Of a stretch of 64,000 nucleotides of DNA, positions 50,085 to 63,487 are shown one piece after another. The notes under the pieces were generated by a model. The model ran no database searches. It was not told the origin of the DNA and saw only the letters and a list, made by a program, of their open reading frames with translations. Each line of letters begins with the position of its first letter. Position 1 is the stretch's first letter. A program made the translations under genes and the position numbers. Source of the stretch: Phoronis australis (taxonomy: Eukaryota > Animalia > Phoronida); NCBI GenBank assembly GCA_002633005.1, contig NMRA01000220.1, forward strand, positions 602,819 through 666,818, in the 5' to 3' direction.

Positions 50085-50400
50085 TCTCCGATCAGCAACA
50101 CTCAAAAAAGGTTTTGTAAAGGGTAGATTGATAGAAGAAAAACACTAGAACTATTTACGATCTTACGCATTACACTGAAACTCACAACATTCCCGCTTTC
50201 CTTATCTTGGTGGATTCTGAGAAAGCTTTCGACTCCATGTTTTGGACCGTCTACAGACGAGAGAATAAGTAAAGATTTGGAAATTGTGCAACTCCGATAC
50301 ATTAATTTACTTAGTTGCCTGGGAAAATTCCACATCTACCGCCAAACACTCAGAAATGCTTCGCTCTTAATCGAAATATTCAAGAAGGAGGTGTTTTAGT
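50085..50400 (+). mobile_element. L1/Tx1-type reverse transcriptase fragment
   Basis: QKGFVKGRL-IEENTRTIYDLTHYTETHNIPAFLILVDSEKAFDS matches the Tx1 RT motif Q.GF..GR.I..N.R.I.D...D.EKAFD. Confidence 0.8.
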
Positions 50401-52439
50401 GTATGCAAATAGAAAAATATCTGTATTTCGACGATATTGCAGGGGATCGTCTAGATGGTTTTCTAATTTACGGGCTTGTGACTCGCTGTCCTATATCAGC
50501 TTCACTATCAAGCCATTAAAGATTTATTTTTTTCATTTTCCTCTCTTTTTGTCTTATTGAAGCTCAAGAACTTTGTACATACATGTATCAGTTGCCATCT
50601 CGTTAGCCATTGACTTAAATAAATTCTTAAACATTCCCTTCACTTTGATATCCAATGGTGCCTCTTTCAAGACATCCTTCAAGTCATGATTTCTCAGTCT
50701 TAGCAGATGTTATGGTACTTTTTTGCTAAAATGGCTTACATCGTTGGTTGGTACAAAGCCGTTGTGACGTATACATTGCTAGTTCAACGGAATATTTGCT
50801 TGGCACCCTCTTCCTAATAGTGTTGGGAGTTCCTTGTTTTTGTTTATTAACGTGTAGTTGGCATAAAGACAATATTTTCATCACGTAGAAACACAGCAAA
50901 AATTGCAAGTGGAATTTGTGAGACCAAACTTCTGTCTTCCCAACATAAGAATCGGCACATGCATTAAGTCAAAATTGAAATTAAATGAAGCTTTTGTCGC
51001 AACATATATACTTTCTCTCCATGATAGCAAGTAGCATCATTTGTTAATATTATTGTTGTTTTTATTTATACATGTATATGCTTTCGCCGAGTTCCAATTC
51101 TGCGATTTGTAAATATTTGATTAAGTGTACATACTTGAACGTTAGGTACAGATTCTGCATACACAGTACATAACGTTAATGTAACGCGCAAGAACAAGCG
51201 CCTTAGTTTACGTTACACGTTTATTCTTTCTTTGGATATTCGGTTCAAACGCAAATATACAGACACGTTTTACGAGTCAATTGAAAAATGCTTAAGCTGT
51301 TAAAAAATCTCATGCCAAACATTCAAACAACCTATATGCGTACCTAATCAAGGGCCAAAGTATCAGCCTAGAGTAATTCATTATAAAACGTGATACAACG
51401 TTCCTTACCTGTAGACCCCCAATATTGCGAGTACAATTTTAAAATAACTACAACATACTTACACCAGTTTGAGGATTCACGACATTGTCTCTACACTAAT
51501 CGGTATAAACGCTAAAGTAGAGTGTATCAAAAAGTTACACCTTCATGGTCAATCACAAGCAATTAATGTCACATGTTCAAAACAGTACATTGTACGTTGT
51601 ATTGAAATCCGCCACGTCGGAAAAGCGACGCGATAGAAGCCGCATCACAAACACAAAGCGACCAACAGATGGCGAATGAAACCAAGCTATACTAAAAACG
51701 TACAGAGAGCCTTTTAATGGCACTCATATGTACAAAAGATAAAATTAGCGAGTGAAAAACTCGTTACCACAGTTGAAAAGGAGAGCGAAGTTTGTTAAAT
51801 AAAGCCATTAATTACAAGAAAAAAATAAAACCAAATAAAAACAAAATACACGTAAAATAATAATCATTGGAACGACAGGGAATGATAGGCGAATCGCAGA
51901 TACACGAGAAGGTGCCAATTGCGAAAAGAAGCAATGAGTGGGAAGTGCAACTGCCGAATTATATTTAATAACGACTGCAATAACATTGTTTGTACTTTTC
52001 AACTTTAAACTGAAACTTCTCATAGAACTCTTCACAGCGTTTATTAAAGTGTCTCACATTTTTACCTGTCTTGTACCCCAAAAACGACCTCGTGGATGTT
52101 TTCGGAAACCAGAGCACATATGTGAAAAACGTCTTACAAAATAGATTGGGATGAGCGTTTGCCAAGTTATAAACGTAATCCTACAGACAACCTGCACACC
52201 GCACGACAGTTACAGTGGTCAAAACCATGCTAATACTGTTTTAAAAAATTTTAATCTCTGCGAACTGTGGGATGTTTTATTTATATATTTTTATTTATTA
52301 TAAGGGCATAAAGGTGCCAGTAAATACAATCTCCAAGACAGAATATTCACCACACCCCCCAGCCTAAGTGGGCTTACTCAGTCACCTAATAATAATTAAA
52401 CCATTACATAACATATTGCCCTCGCTCAAATATGACCAC

Positions 52440-53215
52440 TTCAAACTAGTTTATAAACAAATACTTTCTTCTAAGCTGCAAAGCGTCTTGAATGAATTTC
52501 GCTAGACCTTTCAAGTTATTTGAGGTAGGGCAGAATTCAGCATAAAAATGGTCGAATGTGAGTATATTTTTCCCAATCAAAAGTGAAATAAACTTCATCT
52601 TCAATTCCGTTTTTACAAACATGACAAATCCGTCCATTCACAGGAATTCCGAAATTCCGCCCCACCTCAACCTCTACCTGCTCTAATCGAGCAATGACAG
52701 ACCTCTGAGACACCGGCAGACGTAAATACTCTTCTACAATAGTCATTCTTAACCGACCTATACATGTATAAGCACGGTTTTGGTTTCTCAGTGATTATTT
52801 TTAACCAGTTTCACTATTCTAACTGAAACCTGAATGTTTTGAAGTTATTGAGAGACACCATTTGTTTGTTCCTGAAATTTTCTAAAAAATCGAATTTCTC
52901 CATAATTCTAAATATTGAACTTGACCAATTGCAGGAGTTCCGATGTTTAAAGTCCCATAAAAGACTTTTTTGCAATTCTTATTTCATCCAATAGAAGTAA
53001 ACGATTTCAGAGCCTTAGCATATTTTCATGTTGTTTGTAGTGTGAATTTGGCCAACCTGAGTTGCCATAAAGTACTGCATTGGCAGCATATTGGGGACCC
53101 CTAAGAATATACTTAGTGCTCTCGTTCTGATCATTTCGCATTTGGAGTATTGAGAATATCCCCAAATTCCAGATCCATATTCTAGAATTGAAGCTACTGA
53201 CATTTCAAAACATAT
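52440..53215 (-). mobile_element. Decayed LINE 3' end (CR1/L2 group)
   Basis: SILEYGSGIWG...ALSIFLGVP; QRSVIARL..EVEVGR...RICHVCKNGIEDEVYF, the C-terminal CCHC-like region. Confidence 0.8.
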
Positions 53216-53313
53216 ACACTTTCGCCAATTCCCGCTTTCCAATTTAACGCCCTTTTTATGCTCCTAATCTTTTTTTGTTGCTCCTTTAATGAAGTCTTCG
53301 TCAAACAGTTAAG

Positions 53314-55902
53314 TCAAACAAAGTGGTTGACGATCTAGGATGTATAGGACGTGTATGTCCCAAACGGGGTGATAGCGTCGATGGTTGTCGTGTAATTCAT
53401 GCGAAACCTGTAGATGTGAGTTGGAATCTGATAATTTGTGTTAATGGTGTCCACTCGGTTCACAATGCCGACAGTCCCAGCCTCCGCACCCAATGAAAAC
53501 ATATAGCGCATATCACCTGGTCCCGTGTAGTTAAACAAATTGTCCCAGTCGATGTAAAAAGTCATTGTTATGTTATTCCGATGCAATGTGGGCTTCATTT
53601 CTGTTATCAACGGGGACCCGAAAAAGAGCGAAACTGTAGTAGAGATTGGAGTACTCTCGATTCCACCTGTGTTCACGGCGTTCACTGAAATTGTGAAACT
53701 CCTAACGAAATGCTTGCTCTCACAGCGTGGTACTGGGGAAGTGGCATTACTTGTGTTTGACATTTTGATGGACGGCGACATTATACACGTTTCACCTAGC
53801 CAGTAGCTTTCATTAAAAGCAGGCAATTTAAGAATGAAACGGCTGTGTTTTGCCAGTTTAAATGTGTCGAGAAGAGCTGACCCATTATTCTTTTCTACAA
53901 CTATGATGTGGTATTTGTGATTGCCGGCGTTGTCTTGAAATCCTGTGATTGTTAAATCCAAAATAGCAGCGCTTGACGGATAACCAGTCTCTGCATAAAA
54001 AAGTTGACGAATAACATTTCACGTCTACGGATGCCGAACTTGCTTCAGGCGCGTGAAGTACGATAAGAAGAGGATCACCGAAGGTCGTGGATTCCAGGTG
54101 GGCGTGGTTGATGCAACTAAGGGTAGGGAAGATTTTGGCGCCGTGAGAAAGAGATAAGGCAGAAACTTTACTTTCGGTGGTAGTGTCGGTAGGGGTCCAA
54201 TTTAAAACGGACTTGACCTAAAGAAATATTAAAGTAGGACAAAGGTGTTAGGGTTTAGTTGAAAACTACGTGCTCAACTACATAGTTACGGAAACATTAA
54301 ATGACCTTGTTTGTACACATAAATGCACTTTTGTATAATGAAAATGGTCTCATAAAAAGGGAGTCTTGTTCATTGTCTTGTAAGCGCACGTAGAAATGAA
54401 ATGGTACTGTAGTGAAACGTTGGACTTTAATCAACGTCATCAGCTATAAGATGTATTTCGTATCCATTTATTGATCTAGATTTCTTCTGTTACTTAATGA
54501 TGGATTTAAATGTAAAGAAATAAATTAAAACAATATAGTGGAACAACTATATATATATATACCATGGTTTTCGAAAACCATGGTAATCACTTACCCAAAG
54601 ACCAATAACACCTTTCACGGGCACTTTCAGCCTGCACAGTCCAATTGGCCGTGATGTCAACATATGACAATTTTTTGAGGGTGAAAGACATTGTTACATT
54701 GGATATGATGGGAGCCAACCAGTCAATCTTCTTTGGTGCCAAAGTCGTGGTCGTCTGCTCAGCAGCTTCGTTGACAACGAGCAGAGAGGCGTAAACAGGA
54801 AGACCATGTTTTACAGGCAAATCCTAGTAGATTTTGGATTGCCTGCGTCCCACGTTTCCGAGGGAAGCGAGTTGAAGCCCGCCAGATGTCGTGCCAAGTT
54901 CGATCCTAGTGTAACGAATTCTGCTCTCAAAGTCAGTCAACGTCCAATGAACCAGCAAGCTTGTCAAACCAATCTGACGAATGGTAACGGATGTAGTCGG
55001 GTCAGCTGGCGACACTTTAGTAACTTTCCGCAAGCTAATTTTTATCAGCTTGATTTCTGAATTTTCAAAAAGGCTGATTTCATTTAATCCTTCTTCAATA
55101 GGAATGTCCACAAGAAATCTACAGACAAACAAATGGTCCGTTAGGTCCATGAGGAATGCATGGTCACCAATTCTGATTTTGGAATATTGTAACTGGTTGC
55201 ATGGTGGAGAGACTTCTACGAGAAGTTGATAGAGAGAAAATGAAGGTATGAAGACCGTCTGTGACATTTTGCCGGTCAGCCTCAAATTACTTCCAGCACT
55301 AAAGGAAGCGTTTCCATCAACTCTCCACGAGTTCTTGTAGATGACGTCGCTGATTTTGGAGAAATCACCGTTTATGACCACATCCGGTCCAAGACTTGAT
55401 GGCGTGTACGCAGTGGGTGGCGTTTCATCAAATGTAAATGGTGGTGAAGCAGCAATGACATATTTCTCAGACGCGTTTACGGCTTTTACAATTATGTAAT
55501 ACGTTGAACCGTGCGTTAATGACGTTACTGGGTGCTTCACCTGGCTAAGAGTGCCTACGTTTACAAAAACTTTGACATCCGACCTATTTGGATTGCTTCC
55601 AATGGCCCACTGATACTCTTTAATAAATGAATGTCTGTCGCTAAAACCGATCCAACTGATGTCCAAAGTTTCTTGTTTGGACATAAACCGGTGATTATGT
55701 TTCCATCTTCCATTGAATACAGTCTCAGGCAAGGGTGGCTCGTTGTCAAGTACGACACCATCAGAAGTCCTATTTGACGTCAAACCAATTCCATTGACAG
55801 CACGAACTGTGACGTAGTACTTCGTTCCTAAGGGGATGTTCACCCCAGTCTTAACAAACTTTGTCACCGTTCCCATATTTTCAAACTCAACTATTTCGTT
55901 GC
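53314..55902 (-). pseudogene. Pseudogenised duplicate of the last two exons (55902-54595; 54217-53314) of an FN3-like-repeat protein gene
   Basis: FN3-like repeats (YYVTVRAVNGIGL..SDGVVLD; W.GFSD.HS.I..YQWAIGS; DFESRI). In-frame TAG at 54824-54826, +1 shift in A6 at 53997-54002, apparent frame mismatch at the 54217 acceptor, and TAG at 53335-53337 where the paralog has AAG. Confidence 0.85.
54560..54585. repeat. Perfect 26-bp palindrome TACCATGGTTTTCGAAAACCATGGTA
   Basis: Directly visible, next to (TA)n and the 54595 donor. Confidence 0.9.
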
Positions 55903-58900
55903 CTGAAAAATTAAGTGCAAAGAAATGTTAATTTTAACAAGCAACTTAATGTCCATTGACCAATTCTTTTGATGTACATTTTTCCGTATTTCCGCGCCTT
56001 TGAGCCAATGGGCCTGTATCCGAAAGAATGCCTGTTTTCGTGATCTTTTTATCCAAGTGTTTTGCATATTGGGGCAAGCGTCTAAGTTTCGCATTAAAGC
56101 GTACTTTTGCTGACGACTTTAGGCCTGGTGGCGCGGAAATACGGTAGTAGGATCTCGAAAACATAGGAGAAGGACAAGTGGGAACCGACAGAGCCTTGTA
56201 CTGTCTTAGTAAGAATCCTTTGGACATCAAGTGTCGCATTTGAAATAGGCTGTAGCACGCTGCGTCAACCCACACACCGTTTCATCGAAATGAGACGTCG
56301 CGAACTACGTGTAGTGTTACAGATCCTGTTGACCCATTATTAAGAACACTACGAAATGGCAAGTGGAGCCGAATCCGAAAACGATTGGGAGGCCAACGCA
56401 ACACGCAAAGAACAAGCAGCATCTTGTGCAATCATGGGTTTGCCGATGAGGCCCATGGTTGCGTTTAAAGCAGCGGCAGTCCACGAACATGTGCAAAGTC
56501 TTTGGTAGGTCTGGGGAGGAGTCAGTAGGCAGCTATTGCAGGGACGGTTTTCAAGCATCTGTTGAGCGCATTCTCCACTTGACTGTGTAAAAGATGGAAG
56601 GACCTTTGAAGAACCTTGTCTACAGTAACTTCTTGTAGTGCTAGAAACACCGACAAAGTATCATAATGCTGCGACTGAAGTCAACCTTTTACATGTCCAA
56701 TAATGACGCGAAGATCCATGTTTTGGAGTCTCCCAAGCTAGTGGATACTTGAGCTGTGAAGGTGAGCCTGCGGTCAAGTTGTACACATTTTTGTAAGTGA
56801 CACGTCTGATCAGATGTTACATTCCTCTTCCCATCATAGGTGGGACAAAGGAGATCATCGACACTGAAGCGATTGTGCAGAGTACAGAAGAGAGCTTCAC
56901 ACTTGTCTCCATTGCAGCTCACTCTACATAACAATTAGCACAATGCACGCAGATTTCCATCAGTGAAGACTGCGCTTTGTGACGAATATCGTGATCCTCT
57001 ATTTGTTGTCGGGTTTTAAAGAAATACTGCTAACCACCATTCACACGATTGTGTAAAAGTCGTTTCATAAGCTTTGCTGCATGCGCTCACAATGAGAGCA
57101 CAAACATGCAATTTCTAGAGTGCAGTCAAAAAAGACGAGCGGACAGCATGAAATTTGAAGTTTACCAACCCTGTAAGTGCAGCTCCGCCTCGTAATTTTT
57201 CGTCAAACGATTGCCGTGGGTTTTGATGTGCCCTCGAACGAAGGCCTATGGGTTCCAATAACAGCTCCCTTAAAACTTCTCGTCGTCATTTTCGGAACGA
57301 CGCCCAGCTAAAAGCAGTGCTGTACATGTAGTGGGACGTAGGTGACCTTAGGCGCAACCAACTACCTTTGGCATTTGAACGTCGCGCCTACGCTCCGTAA
57401 GTTAAGTTATAGTAGGGTGTCGTCGCACGTAGGCGCAGCCAACTATGCAATAAGACTCGTCCTTGCAGTACAGCTGAGATGTGAACGAGGACTCAGCGAA
57501 AGGAATCGGATAGTAAACAGACGATCGAAGGGCCCCGAGAGGACACATCCCACAGAGGGGCGACTAAAAACGCCGCCAGCATATCGTTTCTGGGCGTTAC
57601 GCAATTATTTTCATTTATAATTGTGTTTGGGCCCCCTTGAGGGACAGCTTAGAATTCACGCGGACCTTTGCTTTCCTACATGTGTGGTTGGACCCCTTTC
57701 TGCGACATCCTAGATTAACCACTGCAGACTTGAAACTTATAAACACTCTTGAGTCAAAAATAGGCCTACATATGTTTGTGAGGTTTTGCGAATTCAATGC
57801 ACTTTTAAAATTCAGTGCTCAAGATGATATGGAGGGCTTTGGGCACCTACTCACTTCTAATTTTACCACTACAGCACTGGCAAAAGGGCTTCGTGAGACA
57901 AGTTTCCAAAGCACCTACTTATCTTAACTCAGTAACCCACCTTTACAGTTCAACATATTATGTAACTTTTGTAATTACCGATATCCGTAGTAGTTTAGTT
58001 TGTCATAATATATATGACCTTTTATCTCATGTACACGTGTTGTTTCACTGTAAACTGGCTTCGGTATCGCTTAGCAGTTAGCGCTTATAAAATTCATTTT
58101 TTTCTGAAAGTAGAAAACATGTAGCATTTGTCTTTGACTTCCTACGAATGTGCGACAACTTGAGTCTCATAATCAGCAGAGTTTATAATATTTCTTCGCA
58201 GAAATTGATTTCACTTATTGCTTTTTCTTTGATTATATTTGAGCGACTTTGACAAACAAATCTGCACTTGACACGCGAGATCGTAACGTTCGGATCTGAA
58301 GAATCCGACTAAAGAATGTGAGGGACACCAGAGTCAAAAAGGTATGAAAGTCCCGGAAGTTGGTGTTTTCAGCTACATGTTTGTACTGGAGTGCAGCCAT
58401 CGTCATTTCAATAGGACGCTTTTGATTTTGAAAAGCGAGATGGAAAACCCTTCAGAGTCTTCCTGGAGCCTGTCTATTCCTGGATATGGTTTTAAACTTG
58501 ATTCCAGACCAGTGGTTCACTAAAAATGATAAGCAGCAATCTGGTATTTTGGAGCCTGGGTTGAGTTCCTTAGAAGCAAAACACTAGGAAGAAAAACTAA
58601 TGTGATCACATGCTTCAACTCTAAATGTAAAGCTACATCTCCGGAAGCGTGAAAGACTACTGTTCGAGTTTGTTATCTCTACACCATTACGAGGATAAAA
58701 TATTTTCATAGGTTTCCGCAGTGTCCAAGACAGCGTATTTTTTAGGAAAAGACAATCAGTTCTATATACCCAATCCTTTATAATTGTCTTAGTGGAAGAT
58801 CGAATGTTTGAGCCAGCTCAATTTCCCTTTCCAGACTACATGTACAATTATCTGCTACGGGTCATTCGGTGCTCATTGTGTTATAGTTGTTCCCTTTAAA

Positions 58901-60195
58901 TTAGTTTGGACCGGTATGTTACACACATGTATACATGTACATCGAATATATAATGTAGCTATAAGTATTTCAGAAGCATTCTATTAGTGAGCAGTTCCGG
59001 AGTTTGTGGCTGGCCTTACCCAGGTTGTTTTAGTCACTGTCATGCCTGGTCACTAACATGCGCTGAATCATATGGAATCGATTATTGTTGTACCTCAAAT
59101 GTTTGAGTTGGTTCAGCTTTGGTATCCTGCTTTGGAACTCTGTCAAACCCTTTCTTGGAGGCTATTTTTGTCACGGGTCATTAGGTGGTCCGTGCAGAAT
59201 GTTTTGTTTGCCACAGCCAATAATAGTGACAAGTTGACAAGTGACATGCACTGAACCACATGGAACTACTTTTCGTCGTTAATAGAATATTTTAGGTAAC
59301 TAAATTGTTATGTATTATATTATTTTTGGAATTTTTGGCGGGTCCTTTACCGAATGCAACTTTCTGTCAATGGTCATGCGATGTTCATTGTGGTAGGTTT
59401 GCCCATTTACAATCAGTTTCAGCCGGTTTCTTGATTATCTAACCAGCTCACATTTTCAGCAACATCCATTGGGTAATCTCTGGCTTTCTAGCTGTCCCAA
59501 CTCAGTGGCTGTTTTATCTTGACCGATTAGTGATCGGTGGCATGAAATAAATCTTGTGGAACCTTTTGAGATTCTAGCAGGCCCTTTACAGACTGCACGT
59601 CTTCTGTCATGGCTGATGAGATGCAAAGTCTGAGACGATTGTTCATTTTAGATCACTTTGGAGTATTTCTCGAATATCTCATCCAGAAGGTTAACAAATG
59701 AAACACTCTTTTAAAACCACTTTCAGCGGATGTTTACTCTGGTATGAAATTTTATTCTACATTTCATCCTCATGCTTTTCGTAATCCAGCGAAAGGGACT
59801 CCAAGTTGTGTTTTTAAAACAGTCAACCTCCATGATTGCTTCAATCAAAGCCACTTTGTGGCTAGTGATTTCTTATACTCGCAATCTCTCTCCTTTGGAC
59901 AAAATTCCATAAATTATTTACAATCGACATACAAGTACTGAGGTCAACGAAAAAACGTAATGGTTACTTGTGACGCTAAAAAATAACCAATTTGGGCCAA
60001 CTTTTTAACACTGTAGCCCAGAAATGGCCGACTCTATTCAAATGAAACTTTTGCATAGTGTGTTTTATACAATGCTTTCTAAAATGTTTAAAAATGTTCC
60101 ATTTTTGTATTAGAGGCAGTCCAAAAATAAGACTTATGTGATATTTATTAAATCAATTAGCTACACACGGAGCAAAAACGAAACGATAATTTAAA

Positions 60196-61995
60196 ACAAG
60201 AGTAACGCGCCCACGAATGCATTGCGAATGGTGTGCTTTTAGGGTTATTTATTTGTATCATAAAAACGGCCACTAGATGGTGCAAAAACATACAATCCAT
60301 CTAAAAACAAGAACATGCCATATTTCATAAAAATCTGTCAAGGAGCTTCAGAGAAACAAAGGAAAACAGAATAAAATGAAATTGCCAATAGTGGGCACAG
60401 TGTCCGTTGGATCCGCCTGAAAGTCATTGTCTGTTGTTATCTTCATATCAATACACTTACTAAATTTGGTAAAGATCCTGTAGTGGGTTTAGGAGATACA
60501 ACTATGGGCGGAAAACAAAACTACCACTAGTACGTGCCACAGTAGTCAGTCCAACATCATCAAAGGTCGTCTTCACACATTGGAACATATATGTCAATTT
60601 TCAAATGATTTGGTTGATACAGGGGTGGACGCCAAAAACAAGATTTGAAAACAGCAAAAATGGCCACTAGGTGGTGCAAAATACCTCAATTCCATCCAAA
60701 AACAGAAAGATAGCGTCATCACACCAATAGATACCTATATTTAAAATTTTATGAAAATCTGTTGAGGACCTTTGAAGAAAACAGTAAAAATGGCCACTAG
60801 GTGGCGAAAACTACGTCGAAGCATCCGAAACCAGGAGGATAGCGTAACTCACTAACAGGTGCCTACATATTAAATTTCATGAAAATCCGTTAAGGACTTT
60901 TGAAGATACAAAGGAAAACGTAAAAATCAAAAAATTGCCGCTTGGGGGACACAGCAGTAGTCAGATCTGTCCGAAAGTCGTCGTCATCCGTAGTCAAAAT
61001 CACATAAATACACTTCCTAAATTAAGTAAAGATCCTGCGAACGGTTTAGGAGATACAGCCATAGGCGCAAAAAACTGCCACGAGGTGGCGCCACAGTAGT
61101 CGAAATCGTCGGAAAATCATCGTTAACCGTCCTCTTTATAGTAAGCACATACATGCCAATTTTCAAAATCATCCTTTGAGCGTTTTGGTTGATATAGGGG
61201 AGGACGCAAAAAATGACTCGAAAACAGTAAAAATGGCCACTAGGTGGCGCAAACTACGTCGAATCCATCCCAAAATTTGAGGATAGCGTAACTCACTAAT
61301 AGGTGCCTACATATTAAATTTCATGAAAATCCGCTAAGGACTTTCGAAGATACAAAGGAAAACGTAAAAAATAAAATTGCCACTAGGGGGCACGCCTGTA
61401 GTCGGATCCATGCAAAAGTCGTCGTCGTCCGTTGTTAACATCAAATTTCGTAAAGATCCTGCGAACGGTTTAGGAGATACAGCCATAGGCGCAAAAAACT
61501 GCCACTAGGAGGCGCCACAGTAGTCAAAATTGTCGGAAAATCCTCTTTATAGTAAGCACATACATGTACATACCAATTTTCACAATCATCCTTTGAACGG
61601 TTTGGTTGATAGAGAGTTGGACGCGAAAAAACAGACTCGAAAACAGTAAAAATGACCACTAGGTGGCGCAAATTACGTCAAATCAAAACAAGGGGATAGC
61701 GTCATATCACTAAAAGGTGCCTACATACCAAATTTCTTGAAAATCCGTTAAGAATTTTTGAAGATACAAAGGTAAGCGTAAAAAATTAGAATTGCAACTA
61801 GGGGGCACACCGGTAGTCGGATCTAATCGAAAGTTCGCTCATGTCGTCCCATCTGTTAAAGGAATACATGTGCAAAATTTCAAGAACATACCTCAATCGG
61901 TTTTGGAGATAGAGCAGCGGACGCACGACGTACGGACGGACGGACGCAAATGACGGCATAATGCGTCCACATACAAATATGTGGGCGCATAAAAA
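60196..61995 (+). mobile_element. HINE/Helentron-type element, copy C
   Basis: 5' ACAAGAGTAACGCGCCCACGAATGC; ~12 subunits; GGAC tail; 3' hairpin ATGCGTCCACATA-CAAA-TATGTGGGCGCAT, then AAAAA. Confidence 0.85.
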
Positions 61996-63331
61996 CTGCA
62001 AGCTTGTTTTTTATATTTTCCGTTGAAAATTTGTATTGTACAAAATTTGGTCGTGTTGTTGATTCTGTTCTTTTGCTAAAATTTCCTAAGAACAGCCACG
62101 TGACCGAATGATTGGCAGATTAATAATAAATCAAAATCAAATTCTTCCGCTTTCATACACATACTTAAGCCAAGTTAAATTCTTTAGTTCTATAGATATT
62201 TGTGGAGACCAAATAAGTTCTTACATATGGTAACGCCTACATACGGTATATACCTTTATTCTTTTGTTGGTTTAGCGGTCAAATGCAAGCATACATGCAC
62301 AAAGACTTTATACTGTATGAGTCAATTGAAAGAAGCAGCTCACAAACAATATTCCCAAATTTTTAAACTGTCTATTGCTGCTCAAACGTTAATGCAATAG
62401 AGAAAGAGACGTCTACAACTCGATATACTTTATTACATTCGTCGTTTATCGTTGATACATCGTATTGCATCGGTGTTCATATCGGTTATCTGAAACGTTT
62501 ACAAAAAACAGTCTAAGTTACTAAGTCTAAACTTTACCATTAGCATTAACCAACCACCACGATATCGTTACACCATCTACGTAATTTTCAATTAACGTCT
62601 AACGGAAACCACACTTGAGGAAATACAAACTCAGGAAAAAAACATGGCGGAATAAACCCCTAAAGTTCCAAGACGGAACAACTCGTATAGACAACTGTAG
62701 CACTCAGCAAAACTAGTTCACAAAATAGAAATATCCATACCACAAGAAATACGTAAACATAGTAATAGATTACCAAAAGCACAATGGTTGCAACGTAACA
62801 GCATGTCTAGGTCTGCATAATAATAGTCCAGTCTGCAGCTGACAAAACGCAAACTACAAATGCACAGCTATCCAAAAATCGGTATCTAACGTTGAACGAT
62901 AACCAAATGTATACTTGCAGCGTTTGCCTCAAAAACAGTCTGGTAATCAACAAACGATACATATGACAATCCAGGAGAGAATAAGGCAACTGGTGCTTGT
63001 TCGGACCTTTAAATACTCCGCAAAAACCTAGAAAGATGATTGGCCCAGACAGTATCTCAACTTACACAACCAATGGAAATAATACCACCGAAAGGGGGGT
63101 TGCTAAAATCATGACTTAACCCCGAGACAACGCCCTAAAATATAATTGAGGCACTAGGAATTTGAGAACGCCATCTCTAGGAAAATTGGGAAACTATATA
63201 CATGCACTGCCTGCAATAATACTGTCTATATGAGTATTCAAATAAAAGTCAAACCACCAGTGTATAGTACTAAAAAGCATTGAAAAACGCGTTACATCGT
63301 TCCATAGATCATCAATGGCGAGCACATATAG

Positions 63332-63487
63332 ATTATTACATGGCGAAGTCGTTATCCCCCGTTATCTAGAGCCCGAGTGGATTTTGGAGAATTATCACCC
63401 AAGGGGCATTATCCCCGAGAGAGATAATTCTGAAAAATCCACGAGGGCTCTAGATAAGGGGGATAACGACTGGGACCATGTAATAAT
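63332..63487. mobile_element. Fold-back element (~65-bp imperfect arms, ATTATTACATGG...CCATGTAATAAT)
   Basis: AGTCGTTATCCCCC.TTATCTAGAGCCC is inverted to GGGCTCTAGATAAGGGGGATAACGACT; probably a non-autonomous transposon end, family unassigned. Confidence 0.7.

Noticed and set aside
54824-54826. TAG readthrough or recoding (both premature stops are TAG)
   Set aside because: The paralog has AAG at the 53335 site and independent frameshifts are present, so pseudogenisation is the simpler explanation.
59937-62035. Tc1/mariner MITE interrupted by HINE copy C
   Set aside because: The left end TACTGAGGTCAACGAAAAAA has only a weak inverted match near 62015-62035.
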